Below, in pieces: positions 1-13,460 of a stretch of DNA of 60,783 nucleotides; position 1 is the first letter of the stretch; the number at the start of each line of letters is the position of its first letter. Under the pieces are notes generated by a model, which saw only the letters and a program-made list of their open reading frames with translations, searched no databases and was not told the DNA's origin. The stretch is taken from positions 1 to 60,783 of the forward strand of contig NIVC01003180.1 of assembly GCA_002269645.1 (NCBI GenBank), given 5' to 3'. Origin of the DNA: Macrostomum lignano. Taxonomy: Eukaryota. The position numbers were made by a program, and so were the translations under genes.

Positions 1-1891
1 TCTGTGCGTTCCTCAGCAGGCTTCGCCATTCCCCTCCAATTCTATAGCCCCGCTCCCAGGGTCTGCCGCCTTCCTCCAGTTGAATTAATAAGTGATTGAT
101 TATATCCCAGGCTGGCTGACTCCCTTCTGCTATACTCATAGCTGCTGCTGCTACCGCGAGAAAAAAAGTGAAGAAATGCGACCGAGCTTCATCTCAAAAT
201 AGATCTCAAAGTAGCGCAACAGCCATTGAAAATCTTCTCAGGATGAGGACAAGTCCGAATTCCTAGTATTAGCTACCCCCACCCCCTAATCCACGACTTT
301 TTCCCAAGACAGGTTCCTAGAAAGGTTTAGGACAGGAAGGGGTTTAAGTCGAAGGCCTGCCAACTGCCCCCTCTCGCTGGCGCGCCCGCCGGCAGATAGC
401 GAAAGCAATTTCCGAAGCAGCTCGCTTCCTTTCTCCGGGGCCGATTTCTCGGGCGTCACGGGGAGGAGAGGTGAGGGAGCAAAACGCTGCCTTCCTCCAG
501 CCCAATATAGCTTAGCCAATTGCCCGATCCCCAAATATATACCCCCTGCCTCTTCCAAACCCATTTTGAGAGAGAAAGAGGCTGAGAGGGAGGCCGGGAC
601 GCCGGGCAGGAAAAGTAAAAGAAGTAAAAACTCTCCTCCAAGTTCCCGTCTCGAAAGATCGCCAACAACAAGGAGACAAGCAAGGAGAGCCGCGAGGGGA
701 TTTAGGCCGGGGGTTTGGGGGAGGGACTGGATGGGATTTGGGCGGGCTGCGGGAAGGCCAGCTCTGGAAGCTTCCACGGGAGCGGGGGAGTCGGAGACAG
801 GCGAGGCAGGGCAAGCAAAAGGGCCAAAAGAGAGCAATGGAGCGATGGCGGAGAGTGGGAGGCTGCTGTCTGGGAAGGAAGAGATAGGCGAGAGGCAGCC
901 GGAGAGCTGCCGGGATGGCATGGCGATTTAGAAGTTTCTGGGGTCTCGGCACTCCCGCCCCCCTCCCACACACGGCTCGTACTCTCTTCCCATCAATACC
1001 GGCTCGCATCCCGGAGCTTCTCCCGTCTCCAGGCATCTCCCAATCCTTCCATTTTTTCTGCATCTTGCTGCCTCTCTTCATTTCTTGCTCCCTCATCTGC
1101 TTCCTTCCTTTCCTGCTCCGCTTCCACTCTGCTTAAGCTGGCCCTGCCTGCCTCTCCCAACTTTTTGCCGTTGCCCTCTCTGGAGCGGCATCGCTCGGAT
1201 CAACTTTAATGGCTGGCTGATTCGTTTGGGACCCGCGCAGTTGCGCTGCACAGCCGCCCGCTTCTCTCTATTTGAGCTGTCCTCATCTCCTAAATCTGAT
1301 TTTCCAGCTTCTTCTTTCTCCTAATCATCGGCATCATCGTATGATGAAGCCTGCCGCCGGAGTGGAGTCTGCGCAGCCCAGGGATTTATCTCATTAAAGC
1401 GGCTTATATCTTATTCAGGATTTCTTTATATAATATTGAATGCATGGCGAAGCCGGACTTACTCGCTACTATGGGAGAAAGGTGACGCTCCCCAGCGTAT
1501 GGGATCCCTCCGTGTGCATGGGGGATAAAAGTAGCTATTTGGTTGAGAAGTATTGAAGCATTGTAGATGGAGTTGGTTCGAGTTTTGCAGTGAGCTTACA
1601 CCCACGCGTCCTCTGGTGGCGGAGCTGCCTGCAACCTCGGGGAAATGGGATAATTCCTGTCTGAGCCTGCGGCAAATTTTCTTTTGTGCGCGTAGAAATG
1701 CAGGCGGGGTGGGGGATTGTGGACCGATGGGAATTCCAGAGAGGCACGCCGGGGAAAAGTGGAGCACCGTCGGATTTACGAAAGCTGCTCCGGACTAACA
1801 GACCAACTGAGGATGAGGGAGGCAAATTCAAAGAGATTAATCTGGGATTAAAAGTTGCATCTGATGGAGCGGAATTCTGGATACTGTCAGA

Positions 1892-1892
<1 letters not shown>

Positions 1893-1959
<67 letters not shown>

Positions 1960-1962
1960 TAG

Positions 1963-2018
<56 letters not shown>
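1893..2018. repeat. (TCTG)n microsatellite
   Basis: Near-perfect TCTG tetramer run with one TTAGTG interruption. Confidence 0.95.
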
Positions 2019-2019
<1 letters not shown>

Positions 2020-2186
2020 TAGCCTTAGCCTTCGGCGTCACGAAGTCTACATGTGGCCAGAGCTTGGTGACTGGCACCGATAAATCTGAGCTACAAACCT
2101 GGAGTCCAGCATTTCAAGCCGCTTATCTATACAGACAGGCACGACCCCACATTTTCGCCCCCAGACAATCAGAAAAATTGACTCAC

Positions 2187-2268
2187 CAAGCCACAGGAAA
2201 AACTCGAACACGTTCGGATTCATGTCGAGTTTCTCGCCCTGCACAACATTGTAGATCGGCACTACGAT
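2187..2268 (-). CDS. 5-HT7-like serotonin receptor, coding exon 2 (ECL3 and first half of TM7)
   Basis: Minus strand TTGCAG|ATC...TGGCTTG|GTGAGT. Encodes IVVPIYNVVQGEKLDMNPNVFEFFLWL(G). Phase 0 matches the upstream exon donor (CAG|GT at 6056/6055). FLWLG is the aminergic TM7 motif. Confidence 0.9.
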
Positions 2269-3121
2269 CTGCAATTAGCAATTTGTGAAGCAAACATTGT
2301 CAGTCGGCATGCCTGAGTCCCGACACCCAGCCCCAGCTCAAAGTTTACCTGAGGAGGATCACCCTGACCCAATTGTAACACTGTACTCCAGAAACAGTTT
2401 AGAGGAGACGACACGAGAATTCATTTTGGAGATTCGGGACTCACATTTTCAAAGAGCAGTGGGAAAGCGAGAAAGAGTGAGGGTGGAAGCGGGAGCAGAA
2501 TCAATGCTTTCTGGGTTGCCCGAGTCCCCCTAGCTAATGTAACTGGACCGTCCGCATTTCCGCAGCAATTCTGTTGTGCTCCTGGCTTCCCCGCGTTAGA
2601 GGATTTCTACCTTGGCCTTATTTAGTTAGAGCAGACTGGGGTTGAGCGGCATTGGCAACTACCCAGGCACCTCCACCCTCTTGCACCGGCAAATGTTTAC
2701 CCATGGTGTTTGGACCAAAAAATGCGTTTTTTGCTTTTTAACGTTTTTCGACCCTGGAACTGCCTGTCTGGGGGGGGGGGGGTTCGGGCGGGGCTGTGGG
2801 TTGGTTCGGACCGGCATTCTGTCTAATTGTTTGATAGCAGCCCCAGCCCCCCTTGTGGTGCAAACTGGTCGTCTGTTTGCTGCGGCTGGACCTGCGCCAC
2901 TCCAAATGATAACATTGGGACATTGTGGCCAGATTTGCTGCAACATGAAATTGGGGAATATCGAGATTGCATGCCAATGGAAACTGACAGAGAGAATTAG
3001 AGGGGTGAGAAGTTAGGATGAGAAGAAATGGAGAGGACATGAGAGGACAAAAAATGACATTAAAGGAAAGGTGAATAGAAGTGAAGAAAGGAAAAATAGA
3101 GGAGAAGAAGGAGAGGCAGAG

Positions 3122-3218
3122 CAGAGAGGAGAGGAGAGGAGAGGAGAGAGAGAGAGGAGAGGAGAGGAGAGGAGAGGAGAGGAGAGGAGAGGAGAGGAGA
3201 GGAGAGGAGAGGAGAGGA
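3122..3218. repeat. (GGAGA)n pentanucleotide microsatellite in the GPCR intron
   Basis: Direct reading of the tandem GGAGA run. Confidence 0.95.
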
Positions 3219-6055
3219 TCCAGCCTGATCAGCACGCTGTCAGGCTCGCAGCGGCTGTGATTAGCCATGGGCCATGGGAGATTTCTCCACTGCTCGGCAA
3301 GCCGCGGGACAGAAGCATTTCTTACGGCCAGCTTTCTTCCTTGGCGCCAGCTCTTCTCCTTCAGCCGGAGGGGGAGTATTGGGAGATTATTCCCCTCCCG
3401 TCAGTCCTCTCTGGACGGGAGCCCCAAGGAGGATTACAAGAGGCTCGGAGGTAGAGTCTATTCGCAGTTTTTTTGCCCCCCCACAGCGGTGCGGGGATTT
3501 GGCGAGTATAGAAGAGAGTGGAAGGGCATTTTTTAACAATTCTCTCCCTCTCTGTTCCAGCGCGCAGAGGCTGTTGCCACTATCTGGCTTTGCCGCTGTT
3601 TGAGCACGGGAGCTAAAGGAGAGACGGGGGGCCGGCCTGAGCACCGCAAGGGCCAGCGGGCCATGGCGTACAGAACCGGGAGGTTGGCCGTTCCTAGATT
3701 GCTGCTCAGGCCTGCAGCTGAGGTAGGGGGGGGGGGGCAGGCGGAATGCCTTCGGTGCACTGCCGGCGCCACGCCTAACCGTATCGGAATGCATGCGAAG
3801 CTGGTCAAGGTGAGCCAGTGTTTTAGTCCGAGCTGACTCGGACGCGGCCAGGTTGTAAGAGGGCCCAGCCGGTGGCCTTTGACTGTCGCGAGAATCCTTC
3901 GCGAAGAATGCGGGCTTTCGGGCTGGGGCTTCTTCCGCGGTCAATGGAGCGTGAAAACTGCTGCCCGGCTTGGCGGGGAGATCGGGACAGCCCGAAGCAG
4001 GGCAGCGAATGAAAGCGAGAAGGAGCTGGGAAAATCATGGGCCGGATTTATCCAAATGTCCTTCTTTACTTCCCTTTATCCCCTGCCTGCTAGGAGCCGC
4101 TGGGGGTCAGCGGAAGGGGAGATGGGAACGCACAAGTTTAAGCCAAAATCTTCCCAAACCACCCTTGCTTTTGCACTTTCTGTTTACCTTTGTGAGAGAG
4201 TTCTTCAACAGTAACAGTAAAGGAGTCCGGGGCGGGGGAGAGAGAGAGAGGGGGGGAGGATAGGTCTATTGTTGACAGTGTCTTCCACAGTCCCGCCTGT
4301 CTCCCAGCTGTGTCTCCCGATTGTCTTACTTGTTGAAATAGCAAAACTCTCCAACCCAAAACCATCCAGTTTTGGAAAGCTGATGCTGCTAATACTAACT
4401 CAGAACCAGTCAGTCTGCAGACTTTGCCGGGTCAGTGAAGCGAGCGCCATCTGGAACTCATCCGCTTGGGTCATAAGTGCCCCGGCACTCCTCCTGGCTC
4501 TCTATTTCGCATTGTTGTACTGCAGTGCGCAGCCTAGAAGAGGATTCTGCTTCCCTAGCTGAAAGCTGCACTTCATCTTCGATACTGCGATATGGAGAGA
4601 CGGGGAGACGGGAGCGGGCGCCATCTCACGCTTGAGCGGTCGTAAATAGCCCCGAGTCCTTGACACTGCACTGGGGTGCAGCTCACCTTCCCCATCGTGA
4701 CAGGGGGAGTCTGCTGAGCCTCCGTCCGCCTCTCTCCCCCGCTTTTCTTTCTCCCCCACTCTCCGCTCCACTCTGTCAGCTCAGCTGCAGCTCCCGGCGC
4801 TGCAAGCGAGAATAAGTGCATCATGATTGCTAGCAGGATTGGTTTTATTTTTAAGAAAGGGTAAAAGCAGGCCGTTTTCTTTCGGCTTATACCTTCGACT
4901 GAGACGGGGTCGAGAGGCCTTTCTCTTTCTCAGTCTTTTCTCGGGCTATTCTCAACATGAACTTATCAGACTGGGCAGAAAGTGTAGCACTTGTGAGGAT
5001 CGTCTCATCACCCCCCCCTCTCGAGTCCTCGAGACGGCTCCTCATGAGCGCCAAAATCTATCGGAGGGTGAGCAATCCGCTCCTAGCACTGCTTCCAGCG
5101 CCCCCTGCTGCTTCTGTTTACACTCGACGGTTCGGCGCGGCACTTGCGGCACCACCTCTCTATTTCTCTCTTTCTAGCAATTTTTGCTTCTTCCGGGAGA
5201 AGAAGAGGCTATAGGGAGGCGCGAATTGGAAGACGGGCAGGGAGCAGACAAGCAGCTTTGGCGGGTCCTCAACCGTCTCATCTCATGCTTCTGAGCAAGT
5301 GACTACACACTGAGTGACTGCCTGTCCCCTCATTCTCACAACTGCCTCCCATCTTCCCATTTCCATCGCCTTCCATCCATCTAGTTCACCCACCTCCCCA
5401 CCCCAAAGCTCATGGGATTCCGAGGGGTGGCGGACGGAGAGGCAGAGGAGGCGCCCTCGCCCTCGCTCGCGCTAATTATGCCAAGGCGGCAGGCACGCAA
5501 AACTTGAGCCAGCTCGCCGCTCAGCCTCTCGTCTCTCTCTCTCTCTCTCTTCTTCCTTCTGTCGCGGGGCTCTCAGCCGTGCATTCGGCAGTCCAGCTGG
5601 CCGCCAGCTACCGTGGACAGCAGATGAAGGCCTCGCCAATACCGTCTAAGTCAAGAGCAGGGAAAGAGAGAGCCAGAGCTTCGACCAATTTGTAGTGCGG
5701 AGAGGGTCAGGCAGAATACCCGGTATCTTCCCCCGGGCGTCAGAAAAGGGATCTCCACGGTCTCTTGGGCCTGAGCTGAGCCCTGATCAAGAATCTCAAT
5801 CCTCAGTCCAGCAGGGGTAAACTATTTGCTGAACTTTCCCAGCTTTCGTTCTGTCTTAATAGAATTCAATCTCATATCACGTGACCGCTGCGGCACGCTC
5901 AACTGTGGGGAAGAGTTCGGTTGTGCACTTTATTGAATATGCATGGATCGGCGAAATCCAATCCTTCTGAGTTGAATGCTTTCTCTTCATCTTATTGTGA
6001 ATTGAATCGAGCTATCGTACTCAAAACGTATTCAAAATTACCCCGAAAGTCTCAC

Positions 6056-7201
6056 CTGAATGATGAAGAACGGCAGCCAGCACAGCGTGAAACAGCCCAT
6101 GATGACGCCCAGCGTCTTGATAGCCTTCGAATCGCTGTTGTTCTTCTTGCGCGAGGCCGGCTGCCGCACTGACCGCTTCGGCAGGTCCGAGGCGGAGCTC
6201 TGCATGGAGGGCCGCGCAGTCTGACCGTTCGGCAGCTGCTCGTCGATGAGGTTCTTGTCCTCCTGCTTGATGTGCACCACCTTCTGCTTCTCGTCGGCTT
6301 TGGCCATCTTCCTGGCCAGCTTGAAGATGTTGCCGTACAGCACCAGCATGATGATGAGCGGCAGGTAGAAGGCCCCGAAGGTGGCGTAGATCTGGTAGCC
6401 AAGCAGCTCCGGGTAGCCGCAGTAGCCCGGGACGAACTGCTCCTTCCAGCCGAACATCGGCGGGATGCTGATGAAGGCGCTCAGCAGCCACACGGCGGCG
6501 ATCATGAGGCCCATGCGAGTTGGCGTGCGCTTCACCGCGTACTCGAACGGCTTCGTGATGACCAGGTAGCGGTCGATGGAGATGGCGCAGAGGTTCAGAA
6601 TGCTGCTTGAGCACAGCAGCACGTCGCACGAGATGAAGAAATCGCAGACAACTTCACCGAACGGAAAGTAGCCCAGCAGCTGCGTCATGATGGCGATGGG
6701 CAGGACGAGAACGCTGACGAGCAGGTCGCTGCTGGCCAGGCTGACAATCAGCAAGTTCGACGGGTTCTGCAGCTTCTTCACCAGCCCGACCGCCATGATG
6801 ACCAGAACGTTGCCGAAGCAGGTACCGCTGGCCAGGATGGAGAGGAACAGGCCGATGAACACCTTGGCTGGGATGTCGTAGCGACTCGACAGCAACGGCT
6901 TGCAATCGTCGCTCATATTGTGGAGGGTGAACACGGAGATGTTCTTCATTCGGAACAAATTCAGCTGGTCTTCACAGTTTAAATTCGCTGACAGCGCTGT
7001 TGTAGCTGTTGCGGTCGCGTTCACTGCTGCCGCCATGGCTGCCATCGCACCTGCTGTCGAAGTCGAAGATACCGCCAACGCCGCCCTGGCCGCGGCCGCG
7101 CGGGTGACGGAAGACTCCGAAGCTGTCGCTGCTGCCGACAGAGCAGTCTGGCCGATGCTGGAGGCCGCCGACGCGGCGAATTCGATCGCCGAACTGCTCA
7201 T
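6056..7201 (-). CDS. Aminergic class A GPCR, most like 5-HT7 serotonin receptors, coding exon 1 (N-terminus to TM6)
   Basis: GNVLV (TM1), SLASSDLLV (TM2), CDVLLCSSSILNLCAISIDRY (TM3 Asp, DRY), GYQIYATFGAFYLP (TM5, 5-HT7-like), CWLPFF (TM6). Likely ATG at 7201. Donor CAG|GTGAGA at 6056/6055. N-terminal N-glycosylation sequons NAT, NIS, NMS. Confidence 0.9.
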
Positions 7202-7255
7202 ATTTTTGGAACTTCGATGGGTGCTATTGTTTGCGCAGTGTTGCTCGGCTGTAGT

Positions 7256-7290
7256 CTGGAGCAGCCCGCAGTGGTAGAAAAGGTAAGCAA
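7256..7290 (-). promoter_or_regulatory. Splice acceptor upstream of the GPCR ATG (cis intron or trans-splice site)
   Basis: Minus strand GCTTACCTTTTCTACCACTGCGGGCTGCTCCAG|ACTACAG, 54 nt before the ATG. Confidence 0.45.
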
Positions 7291-10200
7291 GCGGGAGACC
7301 GAGAAAAAAACGTTTCGGGTGAGGGGGGGGGGTTGGTTGCTTGAAACAGTTGGCAACCCACAAAGCCTGAGGAGCTCCGCTCTCCTTTCTGTCCTTCTCT
7401 TGAAGAAACTCTTCTCACTCACTAGAGCCCTTTCTCTCCCTCTCGGTGCCGAGCTGTTGCGCTGCGTCTCTCAGTTTCTTTTCGTTTTTTCGAAAACAGC
7501 GGGCCAGCAACGGAGGCGGCTGGAGAGTGTGATGAGATGAGGCTTGAGCGGTGTCTGGCGGCTTGAGGAGATGGAATGCGCTCGGGGTCCCGGGGGCGAT
7601 GCCAGGCGAGATGCCTGCAAGCTTGACGCCCCCCTTAGCGTAGCGGGCCGTGGCTTCCACCGGCTGCTCGAGGTGGCGCAGTCTTGAGTAGGCAACTGTA
7701 GCTCTGGGGGTGGCTGAGGGGTCTCTGGAGGCTGGCGCTTCGTTAACTCTGGCTGGCTCGAGACTCTATTGTCATTCAAGCCCGCCTCGCTCGCAACTCG
7801 GACTGGCACTGTGAGGGCACCGCAGCAGTGAGAAGCATTGGCAAGGCTAGCGGCAACATTGCCAAATCTGACTGCTACAGAGCTACTTTTCTGAGAGCGC
7901 ATGAATAGAAACACAATGCCCTGCCGCCCCCCCCTCTGGCCCCAACCCCTCCTCCGCATCGAACTCTCCGCCAATCTCCGCCTTCACTCTTTTCCCTCTC
8001 CTTACTCTCTCTCTCCCTCTCTCTCTCCCTCGCTATCTCCTTTCTCTCTATCCAGTTCAGCTCTTGGGCCCATCGGGTGTCGCCGCCTCTCCCTCGCCTC
8101 CGGCTTCCTAAGACGGCACCCTCCCTCAGTCTGCCCCTCCGCGGAGCGCCAACCACAAGCTGTGACAGGACGGGGTTGGCGGGCATGCCGGAGGGTGGAG
8201 GGTGAGGAGGCCTTCCCTCCCAGCAGGGCAGCGGGAGCCCGGCACCCTCAACCTCCCGCTGTTCTCCCGGGTCTCGCGACGACGGATTCGTAGCCCGGGG
8301 GACGAGCACCGCTATGGCAAGGCGATGGCGGGCCAGCTCTGCAGATTGGCAAGTGAAGAAAATGTATGGGGCTTACAAATACGCCGTGAGACTCATTGAG
8401 CCGGGGCCCGCTGAGCGGAGAGGCTGACAGTAAGAAGAGACGCGCCGGTGCAGTTGCAGCAGGCGCAGGGAATGCCCGGCTAACTGTATCGCCTTGGGCC
8501 CGCGAGTGACTGTGAGCAGCGCACAAAAGAAATTGTTTTTATTTGGAAATAGAGATGATGAATGATGGAAATCTTATTTAAAGACGAACGGAAAAAGAAA
8601 ATATTTGCTGCGGTCTGTAGGCTTGCTGACTAAGAAATTGGATAGAGGCAGTCTGAGCTTTTCCTATCGCCCCTAGCGACACCGCATAGGAGACAGGGGA
8701 TGGTATCGCAGAGTTTTTCTCTAATGTCTACTTAGCTAGAAAAAATCTTGCCGTGAAAACTGCTCAGCTTCCCCGTGTCTTAAGCGCACTTTAGGGAGGC
8801 TGAGAGCGTACCTGAGCAGCGGCTAGGGATCAGTATCTTCGTGGGAGGGGGGCGTTATAATTAGCTACCGTGATAAGGACGCAGGCGTAAAATTTATTTT
8901 CTATAAGTTTCCTTATGTCCTCAGCTTTGTTTTCTTTCTTTGAAACGCCTGGGAAAAATGTCTGAATGGCTGACGGACAGAAACGTCATGGAGTAGATGT
9001 GAATTGAATTAAATTGGATTCTGTATAAGCCAGTCCTTGAGCGATATCTTTTTGTTCATTGGCGTCAACAGCTTGCTGAAACTGTGAGAAATGCCAATCA
9101 CATTCTAAGTAGGACCTTCGAAAACTAATTAGTTTCGAATAACCGACTGAAAATGTTGGCATCATTCGATTATTCTACAAATAAGTACAAAACCAATAAC
9201 AAGCTGTCGATTAGAATGCACTCTTGGTTAGATGCATGTAGATTAGATATTTGCTTGGGATTGAAATCTAGATTTATTAATTTATTCAGCAAAATTGATA
9301 AATATATAAATATTCGTATTTATACAAGTGTATTAAAATAACCTTAGAACAACCGATAAACAAGCAACATCTAATTAAATTCTGTTTCGAATTTGGGTTG
9401 TACTTGATTTTAAGTCAAGTGATACAACAATGATTGCTAAATAAATTAAAAAGCGTTTTTAGTGACATTCGGAGAAGTTGTGGGGTAGATATCACGGGAG
9501 TCCAGAGGCTCCAACCGGAAATGGGAGTTGGAATTTGCCTGAAACTATAACCTTAAAGGATCACGATTTTCTCTTTCATATGTCCAGCAATACGTCAAAT
9601 GGGAAAGCGTAAAGATACATATGCTCGTATATATGTAATACGAGCGTGACACTCATTTAGCAAAAACATAACGAATTGAGCTCGTAAATATGCATGCGCA
9701 AACAAATGCAGTCGAAAAAATATTTTGAACTTTGAATGAAACCTTAAAAGAAAGCACGAGTCAGCTCTAGTGTGTCACTAGAGCGACTTAATTAGAAAGG
9801 ATTGGAAACTTCGTTTTTTAAGAAAAAATCTTTGGCTTTGTTCGGATAACCAAATATTTGGCTATGCAGATTGTTGTAGGCGAAATGAATTTTCAATTTT
9901 CGTCACCATGGTAAAAGAGCTCTAATGCTCATCTTTCTGCATAGGATGCCTGATTTATTGCGCTAAATATTTTTGTAAAAAATGTAAAAATACGACACTC
10001 ATACATAAATTTGACACGCTTAACGATTATAAAAATTTAACCACACTTTCGGCCACAATTGATGAGATACTATTTCCTTAGTGTAATTTTCACGCAAACT
10101 TAGCCCGAAAATTGTCCAACAAACAGTTTCCCGTTCTACTACCTCAGTGGTTCTTAATTTTTTATTTAGAACAGTAAATCCCTGATAGCAAAAGTAAATC

Positions 10201-11744
10201 CCTGATTTGCCACACGAAATGTATGATTATTGAAGTCGAAGAGCATCTAGCGAAATTATTCGTTCCAAAACAGATTTAAATAAATTTTGTGCATTTTTTC
10301 GTGTACTTTTTTACTTTTAATAACTAGTTTTATTTTGTATTCTTTGTTTAAAAACATTAATTTAGTCTTTAAGTTGCTTTTGGTCCTCAATTTTGTAAGC
10401 TATTGAGTTTGCTTTCTTATAAATATAGTTTTATGACTAATGGAAGAGGTCAATATTTCTTAGAAATAATAGTTATTAAATTTTGGCTCCACGACCACTG
10501 AGTATGTATTGTGTCAAGTGCGAATGTTTGTTAACAAGGTATCCACGACGCAATTGCAGAACAAGAGTCGGGTGTATGGATTGAAATGGATTGATTTAGA
10601 TTAACAGTATTAATTAGTGTAACCAAAACACTAATAAATTGGGTAAATTGATAATTGGATAAATTGGGATTTTGGGGTCGGACGATATCACATTTTCGAG
10701 ATTTTCGAGACTCGAGATCTATGCTTTTAAGTTAAGCAAGATTCGACGAGATTCGAGATTAAGGTTAAGCCTAATTAGCATTTAGTATAGGCCTATTTAC
10801 ACTATTCTATATATTAATGCTATTAACATTGTTATTTGTTAAATACAATTATGATTACTAATAGAAAGAAGAACACTTATAATTTTGAGCTTGTTAAAAA
10901 TGTAGGCCTAGTGTATATAAAATTATATGATAAAATTTTAGTCACCATTCGGCATTCACCAATAGTCACATGGTCATAAATCTTGACTTTTTTAGAGATA
11001 TTTAAAGTAATATCAGGATAGAATAAGGTGTTGAGATTAAGATCTGGACAATTGAGATTCATAAGCGCAGGAATGTATCAAAAAGTGGGGAGGCAGGTTC
11101 AGTGGTAGATTTAGGGGGGTGGGGAGGGCATATAGAGCGCACACCCCCTTGAGTTTAAATATGGAAAATGTATATTTAATGTATCAATTATTTTCAAAAT
11201 CAGCCTTGTTAGCACTTATTTTATAAAGTGCTACAGGCACTCATTTTAGTGCTTCAGGCACTAATTTTAGCACCACAAGTAAGCATTTTAGCACCATAGG
11301 CACACATTTTAATGCCATAAGTATGTATTTTAGTGCCATAAGCACTCATTTTGGCACCATAAGCACTCATTTTAGCATTGCAAATGCTATGTTTTAAATG
11401 CATTTATGCAAAGCAGCAAAAACCAAAAATAAGCAAAAAGTCTATATTTTAAATTTAAAATATGAAAGGGCCAGGTATCATTATTGGCCCCTCCATTTTA
11501 AAAAGTAGAAGGGTCATGGTCTTATTGTCCCCCTCATTTTTATACCTATGTATCATACATGCGCAACTGCTAGCCGACCTGGCCGATCCGGCCACCGTAA
11601 ATCGTGGCTGACCAGGGGTAAGTCGCAAAATTGAGTCAACCAAAAACAAAAAAACACAAGAACCAAGAAAGGCAAGAGGAAAGCAAAAGAAAGAGCAGTT
11701 CAGGGAAAATGGTGAAGCAAAAGAAAAACAATTCGCAAAAGAAG

Positions 11745-12545
11745 CAAACTAAGTCGCAAAAAGGGTTAGGTAAGTCGCAAAAGGGTTAGGTAAGTCGCAA
11801 AAAAGATTAGGTAAGTGGCAAAAAGGATTAGGTAAGTCGCAAAAAGGATCAGGTAAGTCGCAAAAAGAATCAGGTAAGTCGCAAAAGGATCAGCTAAGTC
11901 GCAAAAGGATTAGGTAAATCGCAAAAAGGATCAGGTAAGTTGCAAAAAGAATCAGGTAAGTCGCAAAAGGATCAGCTAAGTCACAAAAGGATTAGGTAAG
12001 TCGCAAAAAGGATTAGGTAAGTCGCAAAAAGGATTAGGTAAGTCGCAAAAGGATCAGCTAAGTCGCAAAAGGATTAGGTAAGTCGCAAAAGGATTAGGTA
12101 AGTTGCAAAAAGAATCAGGTAAATCGCAAAAGGATCAGCTAAGTCGCAAAAAGAATCAGGTAAGTCGCAAAAGGATCAGCTAAGTCGCAAAAGGATTAGG
12201 TAAGTCGCAAAAAGGTTTAGGTAAGTCGCAAAAAGGATTAGGTAAGTCGCAAAAAGAATCAGGTAAGTCGCAAAAGGATCAGCTAAGTCGCAAAAAGAAT
12301 CAGGTAAGTTGCAAAAGGATCAGCTAAGTCGCAAAAGGATTAGGTAAGTCGCAAAAAGGATTAGGTAAGTTGCAAAAAGGATTAGGTAAGTTGCAAAAAG
12401 GATTAGGTAAGTCGCAAAAGGATCAGCTAAGTCGCAAAAGGATTAGGTAAGTCGCAAAAGGGTTAGGTAAATCGCAAAAAGGATTAAGTAAGTCGCAAAA
12501 AGGATTAAGTAAGTCGCAAAAAGAAGCAACTAAGTCGCAATAAGA
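11745..12545. repeat. ~20-21 bp minisatellite (AGGTAAGTCGCAAAAAGGATT variants)
   Basis: About 40 tandem units with AGG/CAGC and GGATT/GAATC variants, inside the TIR element. Confidence 0.9.
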
Positions 12546-12794
12546 GGGAAGTAAGTCACAATCAGAGGCAATCAGGGGGTAGTAGGTGCAAGTGTGGCAG
12601 GAGAGCAAAAACAGAATAGAAGCCTTCAACCACAGACAAGATCTTTGAAATCAGAAGCCTGCGTCAACAGTTTCCCATTGATTTCTTAAACTCTGGAGCA
12701 GGGGTTGGCAAACTCCGGCTCGCGAAGCCCCTCTATCTGGCCCTCGCCCCTCGGGTTCTTTGAAACTTCCTAACTAGCAAGGTTGGTGTCTCTT

Positions 12795-13460
12795 CAACTC
12801 TCATCTCTCTCTTCTTCTCTACCTTGCCTCCCCTCTTCTCTCTCTCCCCCCTTTTCCCTCTTCTCTCTCCTCTCATTTTTACTCTCCTCTCTTCTCCCCC
12901 TTTCTCTCTACCCTTTCTCCTCAATGCCCTCTTCTCTCCTCTTATCTTCAGCAAAAATATGTGCATATTTTCTTACTTCAAAGTAGAGGGAATAGAAGAT
13001 TAGAGATAAGCAAACAGAGGAGAGGCGAGCGATGCGATGGGAGAAAAGATAGAAGAGGAGAGAAAAGCTGAGGGAGGAAAAAGAGATGAGAGAAAAGAGG
13101 AGATTAGAGGAAAGAGGAAAGAAAAGATGATGGATGAGATCAGAAGAGAGGAAAGAGGAAAGAGGAGAGAGTAGATGAGAGAAGAGAGGATAAAGAGGAG
13201 ATGAGAGGAGAGTGAAGAGAGGAGAGATGAGAGAGTAGAGAGAGAGATAAGATGAGAGAGTAGAGTGGAGAGAGACGAGAGGGAAGATAAGATGAGAGAG
13301 TAGAGTGGAATGGAGAGAGACGAGAGGAGAGATAAGAATGTAGAGAGGAGACAGAAGAGATAGGAGAGGAGAGGAAAGAGAGGAGAGAGGAGAGGAAAGA
13401 GAGAAGGGATAAGGGATGAGAGAGAAAAGAAAAAGAGGATGAGAAGATTGAAGAATGGAG
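12795..13460. repeat. CT-rich tract followed by GA-rich tract (low complexity)
   Basis: About 12795-12950 is almost pure C/T and about 12990-13460 almost pure G/A. Confidence 0.85.

Noticed and set aside
286-1324. ORFs of 160-211 aa near the window start
   Set aside because: No recognisable domain, overlapping on both strands, low-complexity purine or pyrimidine bias. I checked them for the missing GPCR TM7/NPxxY exon and found none.
1535-1890. FNPRL segment as the missing NPxxY exon of the receptor
   Set aside because: The phase 1 join gives WLD rather than WLGY, and there is no NSxxNPxxY or helix 8 pattern.
6021-6905. Alternate-frame and antisense ORFs over the GPCR, also seen over Caskin, GST, the secreted paralogues and DNAI7
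   Set aside because: Expected shadows of GC3-rich coding sequence.
9764-9784. 9-bp hairpin GCTCTAGTG/CACTAGAGC as a Helitron 3' end
   Set aside because: No CTRR terminus at the expected distance on either strand.
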